A stretch of DNA of 33,963 nucleotides, from the NCBI GenBank assembly GCA_027080125.1, contig JALWSW010000235.1, positions 1 through 33,963 on the forward strand, given 5' to 3'. The stretch is from Campylobacterales bacterium (lineage in GTDB: Bacteria; Campylobacterota_A; Desulfurellia; JAADFJ01). This document shows positions 1-9,819 of the stretch, piece after piece. The notes under the pieces were generated by a model. It was not told the DNA's origin. It worked only from the letters and a program-made list of their open reading frames with translations, and made no database searches. The translations under genes were made by a program, and so were the position numbers. Every line of letters begins with the position of its first letter. Positions within the stretch are counted from its first letter, which is position 1.

Positions 1-1
1 G

Positions 2-1288
2 GATCTGATAAGGGCTGATTCCGGACAGGTCATAGGTGTTGTGACGTGGAATATGGTTGATGGCGGCATCAATATCTTTTTTGGCAAAGCTGTGATATTT
101 GCTACCGGTGGCAACACAAGAAACTTCAGAACAAACACCAATGCTCATATCAATACCGGTGATGGATTATCTATTGTGATGCGTGCAGGAATTCCAGTTG
201 AGGACCCTGAATATATTCAGTTTCATCCGACCGGAATTTATGGGATCGGCAATCTTATTACCGAAGGAGTAAGAGGAGAAGGAGGATACCTTCTTAATTC
301 CGAAGGTGAGCGCTTTATGAAAAAATACGCTCCGCACGTTCTTGATCTTGCAAGTAGGGATGTTGTCAGTCGAGGTATGGCTCAGGAAATAAGAGATGGA
401 AGAGGCGTAGGACCTAAAAAAGATCATATGCTTTTAAAACTTGATCATCTCGGGCATGATTTTATCATGGATAAATTGCCCGGTATATGGGAATTGACAT
501 ATAAATTTACCGGTATTGACTGTACCAAGGATCCAATTCCGGTTGAGCCGACTGCTCATTATCATATGGGAGGAATTCCTACAAACCTGTTTGCTCAGGT
601 TGTTGTTCCTGAGGGAGATGAGTATGAAAAACCAATTCCGGGTTTTTACGCTGCGGGAGAATGTGCCTGCGCATCTGTTCACGGTTCCAACAGATTAGGC
701 AGCAATTCGATGCTTGATCTTGTGGTAACAGGAACTCAGGCAGGGCGTCAGGCATCCAAATGGATACTTGAGAATGACATTGAGCTTCCGACGCCTCCGG
801 TTGAATATCTTGCCGATAAAACCGCCGGTGATACCATAAAAAAGATTAACAATCTGTTTGATTCGGATGGCAGCGTAAAGATGGATGAGATATGGGAAAA
901 GCTTCGCGATAGTATGTCGAACAATATGGGCGTCTTCAGAACCGAAGAAAGCCTTACAAATCAACTAAATCTTTTGGCTGATTTGAGAGAAAAATATAAA
1001 AATATTGGCATACAGGATAAGGGACTGTCGTTTAATCTTGATCTTATCGAGACACTGGAGTTAGGTTCGCTGCTGGATGTTTCTCTTGTCGAAACCGCGG
1101 CGGCTTTAAACAGAACCGAAAGCAGAGGCGCTCATTACAGGGATGATTATCCGGAGCGAAATGATAAAGAATGGTTGAACCATACCTTAACCTTCTTGAA
1201 TGATGATAAGGTTGAAATTAAATACAAGCCTGTACGCATGAAAGCTATCACAGCTCCTACATTTCAACCTAAAAAACGTGTTTACTAA
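2..1288 (+). CDS. sdhA: Succinate dehydrogenase/fumarate reductase flavoprotein subunit (5'-truncated by the window edge)
   Basis: Motifs QFHPTG, ITEGVRGEGG, RDVVSR, HYHMGG, HGSNRLGSNS and ESRGAH. The frame is open from base 2 (DLIRADSGQVIGV...), so the GTG at 41 is not the real start. Confidence 0.95.
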   Translation, partial: DLIRADSGQVIGVVTWNMVDGGINIFFGKAVIFATGGNTRNFRTNTNAHINTGDGLSIVMRAGIPVEDPEYIQFHPTGIYGIGNLITEGVRGEGGYLLNSEGERFMKKYAPHVLDLASRDVVSRGMAQEIRDGRGVGPKKDHMLLKLDHLGHDFIMDKLPGIWELTYKFTGIDCTKDPIPVEPTAHYHMGGIPTNLFAQVVVPEGDEYEKPIPGFYAAGECACASVHGSNRLGSNSMLDLVVTGTQAGRQASKWILENDIELPTPPVEYLADKTAGDTIKKINNLFDSDGSVKMDEIWEKLRDSMSNNMGVFRTEESLTNQLNLLADLREKYKNIGIQDKGLSFNLDLIETLELGSLLDVSLVETAAALNRTESRGAHYRDDYPERNDKEWLNHTLTFLNDDKVEIKYKPVRMKAITAPTFQPKKRVY

Positions 1289-1300
1289 GGGAGGCAGATA

Positions 1301-2023
1301 ATGTCATTAGCCGTAGGTGATAAAATTACATTCAGAATTGCGCGCTTTAATCCTGAGACTGACAAAAAGGAACATTATGAGGATTATGAGGTAGAGTATA
1401 GAAAAGACGGGATGATGGTTCTTGACGGATTAAATCAGATAAGGTGGGAGCAAGACGGAACATTGTCATATCGAAGAAGTTGCAGAGAAGGTGTGTGCGG
1501 TTCTGACGGGATGAATATAAACGGTGTCAATATGGTTTCATGCATGACGCATATCTCCGATCTCAAAAGCAGCGTTATAACAATAAGGCCGCTTCCCGGT
1601 TTTCCCGTTGTAAAAGATCTTGTTTGCGATATGACCGATTTCTTTAATAAATATTATGTTGTAAAACCGTATCTGGTTGAGAAAACCCCGCCACCGGGCG
1701 AGGAAAGACTTCAATCAATTGAGGACAGAGACAAACTCAACGGACTTTATGAGTGTATTTTGTGTGCCTGTTGCTCAAGCTCGTGTCCGTCTTATTGGGC
1801 TGACCCGGATTATCTTGGTCCATCTGCGCTGATAAATGCGGCGAGGTTTGTTTTTGATTCCCGCGATGAAGGCAAAGACGAACGTCTTGATATTCTGAAT
1901 GATAAACATGGCGTCTGGAGATGTCATACTATAATGAACTGCATTCCTGCTTGCCCTAAAGAGCTGAATCCAACTAAAGCCATAGCGGCTTTGCAACAGG
2001 CTATAGTAAGCAGGAAATATTAA
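1301..2023 (+). CDS. sdhB: Succinate dehydrogenase iron-sulfur subunit
   Basis: CREGVCGSD...C ([2Fe-2S]), CILCACCSSSCP and CHTIMNCIPACP ([4Fe-4S]/[3Fe-4S]). GGAGG RBS directly after the sdhA stop. Confidence 0.96.
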   Translation: MSLAVGDKITFRIARFNPETDKKEHYEDYEVEYRKDGMMVLDGLNQIRWEQDGTLSYRRSCREGVCGSDGMNINGVNMVSCMTHISDLKSSVITIRPLPGFPVVKDLVCDMTDFFNKYYVVKPYLVEKTPPPGEERLQSIEDRDKLNGLYECILCACCSSSCPSYWADPDYLGPSALINAARFVFDSRDEGKDERLDILNDKHGVWRCHTIMNCIPACPKELNPTKAIAALQQAIVSRKY

Positions 2024-2047
2024 ACCGGTTTCATAGATTTAAGAATC

Positions 2048-2083
2048 AAAAGAGCCCCTGTAAAATTACAGAGGCTCTTTTTT
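2048..2083 (+). terminator. Intrinsic terminator of sdhAB
   Basis: AAAAGAGCCCCTGTAA / TTACAGAGGCTCTTTT inverted repeat with one mismatch, running into a T tract about 25 bp after the sdhB stop. Confidence 0.9.
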
Positions 2084-2136
2084 CTTGTCACTTGGAAAGT
2101 ATTAGCAGAGCGTCAGCCTCCTTACGCCCAATACCA

Positions 2137-2313
2137 GAGATCCAGCACATATCATTTTACCAAAAACCTAATGACTAACTATGAGATTGCCACACTTACT
2201 TGCGTTGTGTGCAATGACGTCCGAACCAGTCACTGCGAGGCTTAGCCGACGCAGTCCCAAACTCTTGTCACTGCGATCCAGCACTTTTGCAGAAGTGCTT
2301 GATAAACAGTCTC
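2137..2313. repeat. Cluster of four degenerate palindromic REP-like units (GTCAYT...RTCYC)
   Basis: Units at 2137-2175 (-), 2183-2218 (-), 2229-2258 (+) and 2267-2313 (+) share GTCAYT starts and RTCYC ends; the last three have internal hairpins. Confidence 0.65.
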
Positions 2314-2384
2314 ATAAAAAATTCCAAATGGTACAGATAAGACCCGTATGTTTTGCCTAACATGGCGGATTTGATATCGTTCTA

Positions 2385-2412
2385 TTGACAATTAAAGTAA
2401 GTTTCCTAATAT
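2385..2412 (+). promoter_or_regulatory. Sigma70-type promoter of the typA run
   Basis: TTGACA (2385-2390), 16 bp, TAATAT (2407-2412); AGGAGG RBS at 2421-2426. Confidence 0.65.
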
Positions 2413-2432
2413 CTTTTCTCAGGAGGAGTTAA

Positions 2433-4253
2433 TTGAAAATAAAAAATATTGCGATAATAAGTCATGTGGATCATGGAAAAACTACGCTTGTTGATTGTCT
2501 GTTGCGTTTTTCCGGTAATCTCAGGGAAACAGGAGAGCGCATACTGGATTCCAACGAGCTTGAGCGTGAAAAAGGGATAACCATACTTTCAAAGGTTGCA
2601 TCGGTTCGATATAAAGATTATAAAATCAATATTGTCGATACGCCCGGGCATGCGGATTTCGGCGGCGAGGTCGAGCGCATATTGAATATGGTTGACGGGG
2701 TTTTTCTTCTTGTGGATGCGGTTGAAGGTCCTATGCCTCAAACAAAGTTTCTTCTCGGGAAGGCTTTAAAATACGGATTTCTGCCAATAGTTGTCATCAA
2801 CAAAATAGACAAGAAGGACGCGATGCCTGATGAGATTGCCGGCAGGGTTTTTGATCTGTTTTATAATTTAGGCGCCAGCTCAGAGCAGCTCGATTTTCCC
2901 ATTCTCTATACTTCAGCCAAAAGGGGCTATGCGCTTTATGAACTTTCAGATGAGAGAAAGGACTTTGTGCCGTTTTTTGAAACCGTAATAAAATATGTTC
3001 CGGCTCCGCAATCAGACAGCGAAAAACCGCTTCAACTTCAGATAAGCCTTATCGATTATGATGAATATCTCGGAAGGCTTGGCATAGGCAGGATTAAAAA
3101 CGGAGTGATTGGAATAAACGAATCAATTCTTGCGGTCTATCCTGACGGGAAACGCGAGAATGCAAGAATTATAAAGCTTTTTGGTTTTCAGGGCAACAAG
3201 CGGGTTGCAATTGAGAAGGCATCCGCAGGCGATATTGTGGCAGTAAGCGGAATTTCCGATATTGATGTCGGGGTTACTCTGACTGATGTTTCCCACCCGA
3301 TGCCGCTTGAGCCGTTTCATATCGACGAGCCGACCCTCTCAGCCATATTTTCTGTCAATGACAGCCCGTTTGCGGGCAAGGACGGGAAATATGTTACGGC
3401 AAACAAGCTGAAGGAGCGCCTTATAAAGGAGGCAAGAACCAATGTGAGCATACGATATCGCGAGCTTGACTCCAACAGATATGAGATAGTAACAAGAGGA
3501 GAGCTTCAGCTTGCCGTGATTATGGAGCAGATGAGAAGAGAAGGATATGAATTTTCGGTATCGGCTCCGAGGGTGGTTATTAAAGAGGAAAATGGAAAAA
3601 GATTGGAACCGATACTTAACTTCACCGCTGAGGTGAGTCCTGATTATGTGGGTGCGGTTATAGAGGAGCTTTCCAGAAGAAAAGCCTCGATAAATAATAT
3701 AGAACAGGTTTCCGAAAATATGTCAAGAATCACAGGCACAATTCCAACAAGAGGATCGCTTGGCTATCATCACCGGTTTTTAACCGATACTCACGGAGAG
3801 GGAATTATCTATTTCAGTTTCAACGGCTATCAGGAATACAAAGGTGAGATTAACACCAAAAAATACCACTCTCTGGCAGCGTTTGAGACCGGACGTGTAA
3901 CTTCGTATGCTCTCAATAATCTGGAAAAGCGAGGCGAGTTTTATGTTGCGCCCGGGGATCAGGTGTATCAGGGACAGATTGTCGGTTTTACCGCCGTTGA
4001 TCATGATATTGACATAAATGTATGCAAGAAAAAGAACCTGACTAATATGAGAGCGGCAGCAGCCGATGAAACGGTGGTGATAAAGCCTCCGGTAAAGTTT
4101 AATCTTGAGAAGGCGCTTGAAATTGTAGCAGATGATCAAGAGATTGAGGTGACTCCCAATGCAATTCGTCTGCGCTTTAAGGTTTTGAATCCGAATGCAA
4201 GAAAAAAGATTGCAAAAGGAAAGGAGTGGCGAGGTGAGAGTTCTGTCGCTTGA
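2433..4253 (+). CDS. typA: Translational GTPase TypA/BipA
   Basis: [48 protein letters not shown] and NLTNMRA. TTG start behind AGGAGG. Confidence 0.97.
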   Translation: MKIKNIAIISHVDHGKTTLVDCLLRFSGNLRETGERILDSNELEREKGITILSKVASVRYKDYKINIVDTPGHADFGGEVERILNMVDGVFLLVDAVEGPMPQTKFLLGKALKYGFLPIVVINKIDKKDAMPDEIAGRVFDLFYNLGASSEQLDFPILYTSAKRGYALYELSDERKDFVPFFETVIKYVPAPQSDSEKPLQLQISLIDYDEYLGRLGIGRIKNGVIGINESILAVYPDGKRENARIIKLFGFQGNKRVAIEKASAGDIVAVSGISDIDVGVTLTDVSHPMPLEPFHIDEPTLSAIFSVNDSPFAGKDGKYVTANKLKERLIKEARTNVSIRYRELDSNRYEIVTRGELQLAVIMEQMRREGYEFSVSAPRVVIKEENGKRLEPILNFTAEVSPDYVGAVIEELSRRKASINNIEQVSENMSRITGTIPTRGSLGYHHRFLTDTHGEGIIYFSFNGYQEYKGEINTKKYHSLAAFETGRVTSYALNNLEKRGEFYVAPGDQVYQGQIVGFTAVDHDIDINVCKKKNLTNMRAAAADETVVIKPPVKFNLEKALEIVADDQEIEVTPNAIRLRFKVLNPNARKKIAKGKEWRGESSVA

Positions 4254-4656
4254 TGTAGGTGATAGAACTGTGGGAGTTGCGGTAAGCGATCCCACCGGTG
4301 TTATAGCTACCCCTGTTGTTACTATAAAAAGAGGGGAAAGCGTTGATAGGGATATTGAGGAGATTGTATCTTTGGCAAATGCTTATGAGGTTGGTGAGAT
4401 TGTAGTCGGCTTGCCTATTAGCTTGGGAAACAGGCAGACGGCTCAGACACGGAAAGTAACCGAATTCACAGAAAGATTAAAAGAATCCATACAGATTCCG
4501 GTGGTTTATTATGATGAGCGCTATACCACTAAAATCGCTCATTCGGTACTTTATGAGGCTGGCATCAAAAGTAGACATCACAAAAAGGTTGTAGACCAAC
4601 TGTCTGCGGTAATTATACTTGAGGATTTTCTGGAATCTCGCCGTAATCGGAATTGA
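4234..4656 (+). CDS. ruvX: YqgF/RuvX RNase H-fold nuclease (pre-16S rRNA processing)
   Basis: [27 protein letters not shown] and VDQLSAVIILE. GTG start at 4234 preferred because AAGGAG lies at 4221-4226. Confidence 0.93.
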   Translation: MRVLSLDVGDRTVGVAVSDPTGVIATPVVTIKRGESVDRDIEEIVSLANAYEVGEIVVGLPISLGNRQTAQTRKVTEFTERLKESIQIPVVYYDERYTTKIAHSVLYEAGIKSRHHKKVVDQLSAVIILEDFLESRRNRN

Positions 4657-5579
4657 AAAAGATACTTATAATTCAGATAGCTTTCGGAATAGTAATAACG
4701 GCGTCCTTAGGGCTTGTATTGCTGAAATATATCTCATATTTTCATCAAAAAATCGATGTGGCAGAAGTGCGTGTTGTGGTGAAAAAGAATGAGCCTGTAA
4801 GCAAGCTGATAAAAGAGCTCGGCAAAAAGGGCGTAATCAGAAATCCGTCCTGGCTATGGTATTACTACAAGGTTGCAAAAACAAATATTCAGGCTGGAGT
4901 TTACCGTTTTTCAGGGAAAATATCTCCGTTTGATGTTGTAAAAAAATTAAAAGAGGGCAAGGTAGAGACGATTTCTTTGACCTTTCCTGAAGGGATCACC
5001 GCTCAGGAGGTCATCAGAAAGCTTGAGGAAAACAAGGTGATAGAAAGAGGAGCGATAGGGAAAGAGATCTATCCTTTTCTGGAGGGCTATCTTTTTCCCG
5101 ATACATATCAATTTAAAATAGGAGAAGGAGCCAGAAAGGCGATTGAAAAGATGATTGTTCGTTTTCAGCAAAAAATGAAACGGTTTGGCTTTGCCGATAA
5201 GCAGCTGAGAGAGAACCTAATCATTGCATCTTTGATTGAAAAAGAATCGGTTTCAGACGGAGCAAAGGTAAGTGAGGTAATACATAACAGGTTAAAGCTC
5301 AATATGCCGCTTGGATTGGATTCGGCTTTGGAGTATGCTCTTGGCAGAACCAGGCTGAAACGTTCCGATTTTTACCTTGATACGCCTTATAATCTTTACA
5401 AAAGAAAAGGTTTGCCTCCTACGCCTATATGCAATCCGTCTCTAAAGGCAATCGAATATTCCAATGATGCACCCTCAGGCAACCTGTTGTATTTTTTGAG
5501 CTATAACGGATCGACCTTCTTCTTTACAAACTATAGGAAGGAAAAAGAATGGATAAGAACGCGCAGCCGCAGAAATTAG
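4653..5579 (+). CDS. mltG: Endolytic transglycosylase MltG (YceG family)
   Basis: N-terminal TM helix, TFPEG, LEGYLFPDTY, IIASLIEKES (catalytic Glu) and PYNLY..GLPPTPICNP. Confidence 0.93.
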   Translation: MKKILIIQIAFGIVITASLGLVLLKYISYFHQKIDVAEVRVVVKKNEPVSKLIKELGKKGVIRNPSWLWYYYKVAKTNIQAGVYRFSGKISPFDVVKKLKEGKVETISLTFPEGITAQEVIRKLEENKVIERGAIGKEIYPFLEGYLFPDTYQFKIGEGARKAIEKMIVRFQQKMKRFGFADKQLRENLIIASLIEKESVSDGAKVSEVIHNRLKLNMPLGLDSALEYALGRTRLKRSDFYLDTPYNLYKRKGLPPTPICNPSLKAIEYSNDAPSGNLLYFLSYNGSTFFFTNYRKEKEWIRTRSRRN

Positions 5580-6829
5580 CATATATCAAAACATTCGGTT
5601 GTCAGATGAATTTTCATGACAGTGATATCATAGCCGAGCTGCTCAGACAGGCGGATTTTTCGATTGTTGAAAAGGCCGATGATGCGGATACGATAATCTT
5701 TAATACCTGCACCGTCAGAGATCATGCTGAGAACAAATTTTATAGTGAGCTTGGGAGATATTCTAAATCAGGCAAAAAGATTGTTGTTGCCGGATGTCTT
5801 TCGCAGATAGAGGGTCGCGGTTTGATGAGACGAGCTCCGTTTGTGCATGCAGTTGTGGGACCTCAATATATTTATGAGATTCCCTCAATAATTGATGCCG
5901 GAAAGGTCGTGCTTACCGGCGATAATCCTGAATTTTATCTAAATAGTCAACCGAGTGTTGGAAAACTTTCAGCTTCTGTCAATATTATGTATGGCTGCAG
6001 CCGGTTTTGCAGCTATTGTATTGTTCCTTACACAAGGGGTAAAGAGGTTTCACGCAAACCTGAGGATATATACAATGAAATAAACGGTATTGCTCAGGCT
6101 GGAGCGCGTGAGATTATTCTGCTTGGTCAGAATGTAAATGCATACAGATACGAAGAGACCGATTTTGCCGCCTTGCTTAAGATGGTTGCAAAAATTCCAG
6201 GCATTTCCAGGATAAAGTTTCTCTCGCCCAATCCGGCAAGCATGACCGACAGGCAGATAAGAGAAATCGGATCTATACCTAAATGTGTACCGCATATCCA
6301 TCTTCCGCTTCAATCCGGCTCGGATAGAATTCTCAAACTTATGAAGCGCGGTTACAACAGCAAAACCTATATGAAAAAGGTTGAAAAAATTGAAAATTAT
6401 ATTAAAGATGCTATATTAACAACTGACATTATTGTTGGTTTCCCGACCGAAACCGAAGATGATTTTCGGCAGACACTAAAAATCGTTGGAGATGTTGGGT
6501 TTTTCAACAGTTTTATGTTTTGCTACTCTAAAAGAAGAGGCACGGAGGCAAGTTTGATGGAATCTCAGGTTGACACGGAGTTATCGAAGGAGAGGCTTGC
6601 AAGATTGATGGAGTTTCAGGAAAAGATAACTGCAAAGAAACTGACAAAATATAAAGGGCGGATTGTGTCGGTGTTTGTGGATAAACGGAAAAAAGGCGGA
6701 TTTTCAGGAAGAACCCGACAGGATATTGTTGTTAATATAGAAAGCGACAAAGAACTTTTTGGGAAATTTGTTCCGATTGAGATTTATGAGATATCAAAGC
6801 ATACATTGAAAGGGCGTGAAATTGCGTGA
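5549..6829 (+). CDS. miaB: tRNA methylthiotransferase MiaB
   Basis: TFGCQMN, NTCTVR, radical SAM CSRFCSYC, LLGQNVN, HLPLQSGSD, TDIIVGFP and a C-terminal TRAM-like domain. Confidence 0.95.
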   Translation: MDKNAQPQKLAYIKTFGCQMNFHDSDIIAELLRQADFSIVEKADDADTIIFNTCTVRDHAENKFYSELGRYSKSGKKIVVAGCLSQIEGRGLMRRAPFVHAVVGPQYIYEIPSIIDAGKVVLTGDNPEFYLNSQPSVGKLSASVNIMYGCSRFCSYCIVPYTRGKEVSRKPEDIYNEINGIAQAGAREIILLGQNVNAYRYEETDFAALLKMVAKIPGISRIKFLSPNPASMTDRQIREIGSIPKCVPHIHLPLQSGSDRILKLMKRGYNSKTYMKKVEKIENYIKDAILTTDIIVGFPTETEDDFRQTLKIVGDVGFFNSFMFCYSKRRGTEASLMESQVDTELSKERLARLMEFQEKITAKKLTKYKGRIVSVFVDKRKKGGFSGRTRQDIVVNIESDKELFGKFVPIEIYEISKHTLKGREIA

Positions 6830-7265
6830 GATAGCGATCGTTGATACGGTTTTTGATGAGATTAACAACTGTGCCTATCTGATTTTAAGAGATGCCGACG
6901 AGCATTTTCAACTTCAGGTAACCAAAGATATCGGTAAAAAGGTAGCGTTGCTTTTATACAATGCATTTCCTAGCGATGAGAAGAGTATATACAGTAGTTT
7001 TGTAAAACTTGTTAATGAGTTTGGTTTTCAAATTATCTCGGTTATATTGCTGCCTAATCTGAAAAGCGGTGACCTTGCCAGAATAGTTATATCCAATGGT
7101 GAGCAAACCATAGAACTATTTATCGACAGCGAAGATGCAATTTTGGTTGCGCTTATCTCCTCGGCGGTAATTTTTATCGATTATGATGAGGAAAGGGAAG
7201 AAAAGGAAGACATCGAAAAGACTCTTCTATCCAATTGGTATAATTTTTTCTCAAAGGTTTTGTGA
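6816..7265 (+). CDS. Divergent DUF151/bifunctional-nuclease-domain protein
   Basis: Size, N-terminal D....LILRD pattern, C-terminal SEDAILVAL...IFI (compare PSDAIALA...PI) and position after miaB. Several signature residues are missing; start uncertain (GTG 6816 or TTG 6822). Confidence 0.55.
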   Translation: MKLREIAIVDTVFDEINNCAYLILRDADEHFQLQVTKDIGKKVALLLYNAFPSDEKSIYSSFVKLVNEFGFQIISVILLPNLKSGDLARIVISNGEQTIELFIDSEDAILVALISSAVIFIDYDEEREEKEDIEKTLLSNWYNFFSKVL

Positions 7266-7307
7266 AGACAAGATTCTATTCAATCGATTATCCTGAAACT
7301 TTTTTAT

Positions 7308-8312
7308 ATGCTAAATCGATATTATGATAATTTTTTGAATCCCAGAGCCGTCAGGTCAGATGATGCCAAAAGATGGAAGTCTGAGGCTGATGATCCTATA
7401 CGCACTCCGTATGCGGTTGATCGCGATCGCATTCTTTATAGCAAGGCGTTCAGAAGATTGAAACATAAAACACAGGTTTTTATTGCTCCGGAAGGAGATC
7501 ATTTTATCAGCCGGCTGACTCACACCCTGGAGGTATCGCAGATTGCCAGAACCATAGCAAAGGGACTGAGACTTAATGAAGAACTGTGTGAGGCAATTGC
7601 ACTGGGGCATGATCTCGGGCACACCCCTTTTGGTCATGCAGGCGAGGAGGCTTTGAAAGAGATAACCGGAGGAAGTTTTACTCACGCAAGGCAGTCTTTG
7701 CGTGTTATTGATAAGATTGAGAATGGCGGGGCAGGTTTAAATCTTACTTTTCAGACAAGAAACGGGATAGCGCTTCATTCAAAAGGGCAGGGTGCCATTA
7801 TTTCTTCAGATAATAAGATGATGCCCAACACCCTTGAAGGTCAGATAGTCAGAATTGCTGATATCATTGCATACACAAATCATGATACCGCGGATGCGAT
7901 ACGTTCCTCTTTGATTACCGAAGAGCAGCTTCCGCTTGAGGTAAAAGAGCTTTTGGGTCGAACCCATTCGAAGCGAATTGCCACGATGGTAATAGATGTA
8001 ATTAAGAGTACAACAAAAAACGGTTACAAGCAGGTTACAATGAGCGATAATCTGCTTGAGGCGCTGAGTCTTTTCAGATCATTTTTATACAAAACGGTTT
8101 ATCAGCATAATGAGGTTAAACGGGAGGCTGAAAAGGCAAAGAAGATTGTTAAAGAGCTGTTTTATTATATTTATGAAAATGAGAAAACTTTTTTAAATAA
8201 AAAAGACAGGATGCAGGCGGTCGTGGATTATATTTCAGGAATGACGGACCAGTTTGCCATCAACTATTATAAGTCCTGTTTTATACCAAAACCTTGGAGA
8301 GAAAATGAGTGA
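7308..8312 (+). CDS. dgt: Deoxyguanosinetriphosphate triphosphohydrolase (HD family)
   Basis: DRDRILYSKAFRRLKHKTQVF, RLTHTLEV, HDLGHTPFGHAGE, ADIIAY and DYISGMTD. Confidence 0.94.
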   Translation: MLNRYYDNFLNPRAVRSDDAKRWKSEADDPIRTPYAVDRDRILYSKAFRRLKHKTQVFIAPEGDHFISRLTHTLEVSQIARTIAKGLRLNEELCEAIALGHDLGHTPFGHAGEEALKEITGGSFTHARQSLRVIDKIENGGAGLNLTFQTRNGIALHSKGQGAIISSDNKMMPNTLEGQIVRIADIIAYTNHDTADAIRSSLITEEQLPLEVKELLGRTHSKRIATMVIDVIKSTTKNGYKQVTMSDNLLEALSLFRSFLYKTVYQHNEVKREAEKAKKIVKELFYYIYENEKTFLNKKDRMQAVVDYISGMTDQFAINYYKSCFIPKPWRENE

Positions 8313-9819
8313 TTTAGTTGCAGTTATTGATTTCGGGTCGCAAACTACCCAGTTACTTGCCAGAAGAATCAGAGAGATTGGCGTGTATTCGATTATTATT
8401 CCTTATGATTCTTGGCAGGATATCTACAAATATGATACGAAGGCGGTTGTTCTTTCAGGAGGTCCCTCAAGTATCTATGACAAGGATAGCCCCACTATAC
8501 CTGTAGAAAAAATAGAGCTGCCGATTTTGGGCATCTGTTATGGAATGCAGCTTATTGTCCACCAGCTTGGCGGAAAGATTATAAGTGATGATCAGGAGTA
8601 TGGACCGGCGCATTTGAAGCTTATTGCAGATTCTGTGTTTCTCAAAGGAACTGACGGCTCAACCGTTTGGATGAGTCATAAAGATAGGGTTGAAGCGATT
8701 CCTGAGGGATTTAAAACAGTTGGAATTACCAATAGTATCAAGTATGCGGCAGTCGAGAATAACAGAAAAAAAATTTACGGGATACAGTTTCATCCGGAGG
8801 TTACCCATACTGAACTTGGCAAACAGATTCTGAAAAATTTTGTCATCGATATTGCCGGTGCTTCGGCAGATTGGGATATTAAGCGTTTTATATCTGAGAA
8901 AATCAGCTCATTGAACAGAAGTATCGGGGGTAAAAAGGTTCTTGTGGCTGTTTCGGGAGGAGTTGATTCGACCGTTACCGCCCTGCTTCTAAAGCGAGCC
9001 GGAGCTGATGTTGTTCCGGTTTTTATAAACAATGGATTGCTTAGATACAATGAAGAGAAGGTTGTTTTGGGTCAGCTTGAGAAACTCGGACTTTCGGTTG
9101 TTTATGAGGATGCATCGGAGCTGTTTCTTTCGAAACTTAAAGGGGTTCAGAATCCTGAAAAAAAGCGCAAAATTATAGGACATACATTTATAGATATTTT
9201 CACCAAGATTGCCAAAAGACAGAGCGGAATCGAATATCTTGCGCAAGGAACGCTTTATCCTGATGTTATTGAGAGCTCTGTGGTGGGCAAAAACTCCTCT
9301 CTTATAAAAAGTCATCATAATGTTGGAGGGTTGCCCGAAAAATTGGGATTTAAACTTGTCGAACCGTTGCGCGAGCTGTTTAAGGATGAGGTCAGAGAGC
9401 TTGGCAGGAATTTGGGAATAGCAGAAGAATATATACAGAGGCAGCCGTTTCCCGGACCTGGTCTTGCAATACGTATTATCGGAGAGATTACCAGGCAGAG
9501 ACTCGATATATTAAAAAAAGCCGATAAAATTTTAATTGATGAGATTAAGAAGAACGGATTTTATAATAAGGTTTGGCAATCTTTTGCCGTTTTGCTTCCC
9601 TTGAGGTCTGTGGGAGTAATGGGAGATCACAGAACCTATGATTATACGATTTGCATCAGAATTGTAGATAGCACAGACGGCATGACAGCCGATTGGGTTT
9701 ATCTTCCCGAAGCTGTCTTAAGAAAAATCTCCACCGAAATCATAAATAAAACCGAAGGTATAAACAGGGTGGTTTATGATGTTTCAACCAAACCCCCAAG
9801 TACGATAGAATGGGAATAA
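8305..9819 (+). CDS. guaA: GMP synthase (glutamine-hydrolysing)
   Basis: DFGSQ, GICYGMQ, QFHPE, SGGVDS, KSHHNVGG, PFPGPGL and KPPSTIEWE. ATG at 8305 behind GGAG. Confidence 0.97.
   Translation: MSDLVAVIDFGSQTTQLLARRIREIGVYSIIIPYDSWQDIYKYDTKAVVLSGGPSSIYDKDSPTIPVEKIELPILGICYGMQLIVHQLGGKIISDDQEYGPAHLKLIADSVFLKGTDGSTVWMSHKDRVEAIPEGFKTVGITNSIKYAAVENNRKKIYGIQFHPEVTHTELGKQILKNFVIDIAGASADWDIKRFISEKISSLNRSIGGKKVLVAVSGGVDSTVTALLLKRAGADVVPVFINNGLLRYNEEKVVLGQLEKLGLSVVYEDASELFLSKLKGVQNPEKKRKIIGHTFIDIFTKIAKRQSGIEYLAQGTLYPDVIESSVVGKNSSLIKSHHNVGGLPEKLGFKLVEPLRELFKDEVRELGRNLGIAEEYIQRQPFPGPGLAIRIIGEITRQRLDILKKADKILIDEIKKNGFYNKVWQSFAVLLPLRSVGVMGDHRTYDYTICIRIVDSTDGMTADWVYLPEAVLRKISTEIINKTEGINRVVYDVSTKPPSTIEWE

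Noticed and set aside
2137..2313. CRISPR interpretation of the repeat cluster
   Set aside because: Units are mixed in orientation, unequal in length, lack regular spacers, and no cas genes are present.
3780..4295. 171-aa minus-strand ORF (and the other short antisense or nested ORFs in the track)
   Set aside because: They lie over well-supported conserved genes and have no independent coding evidence.
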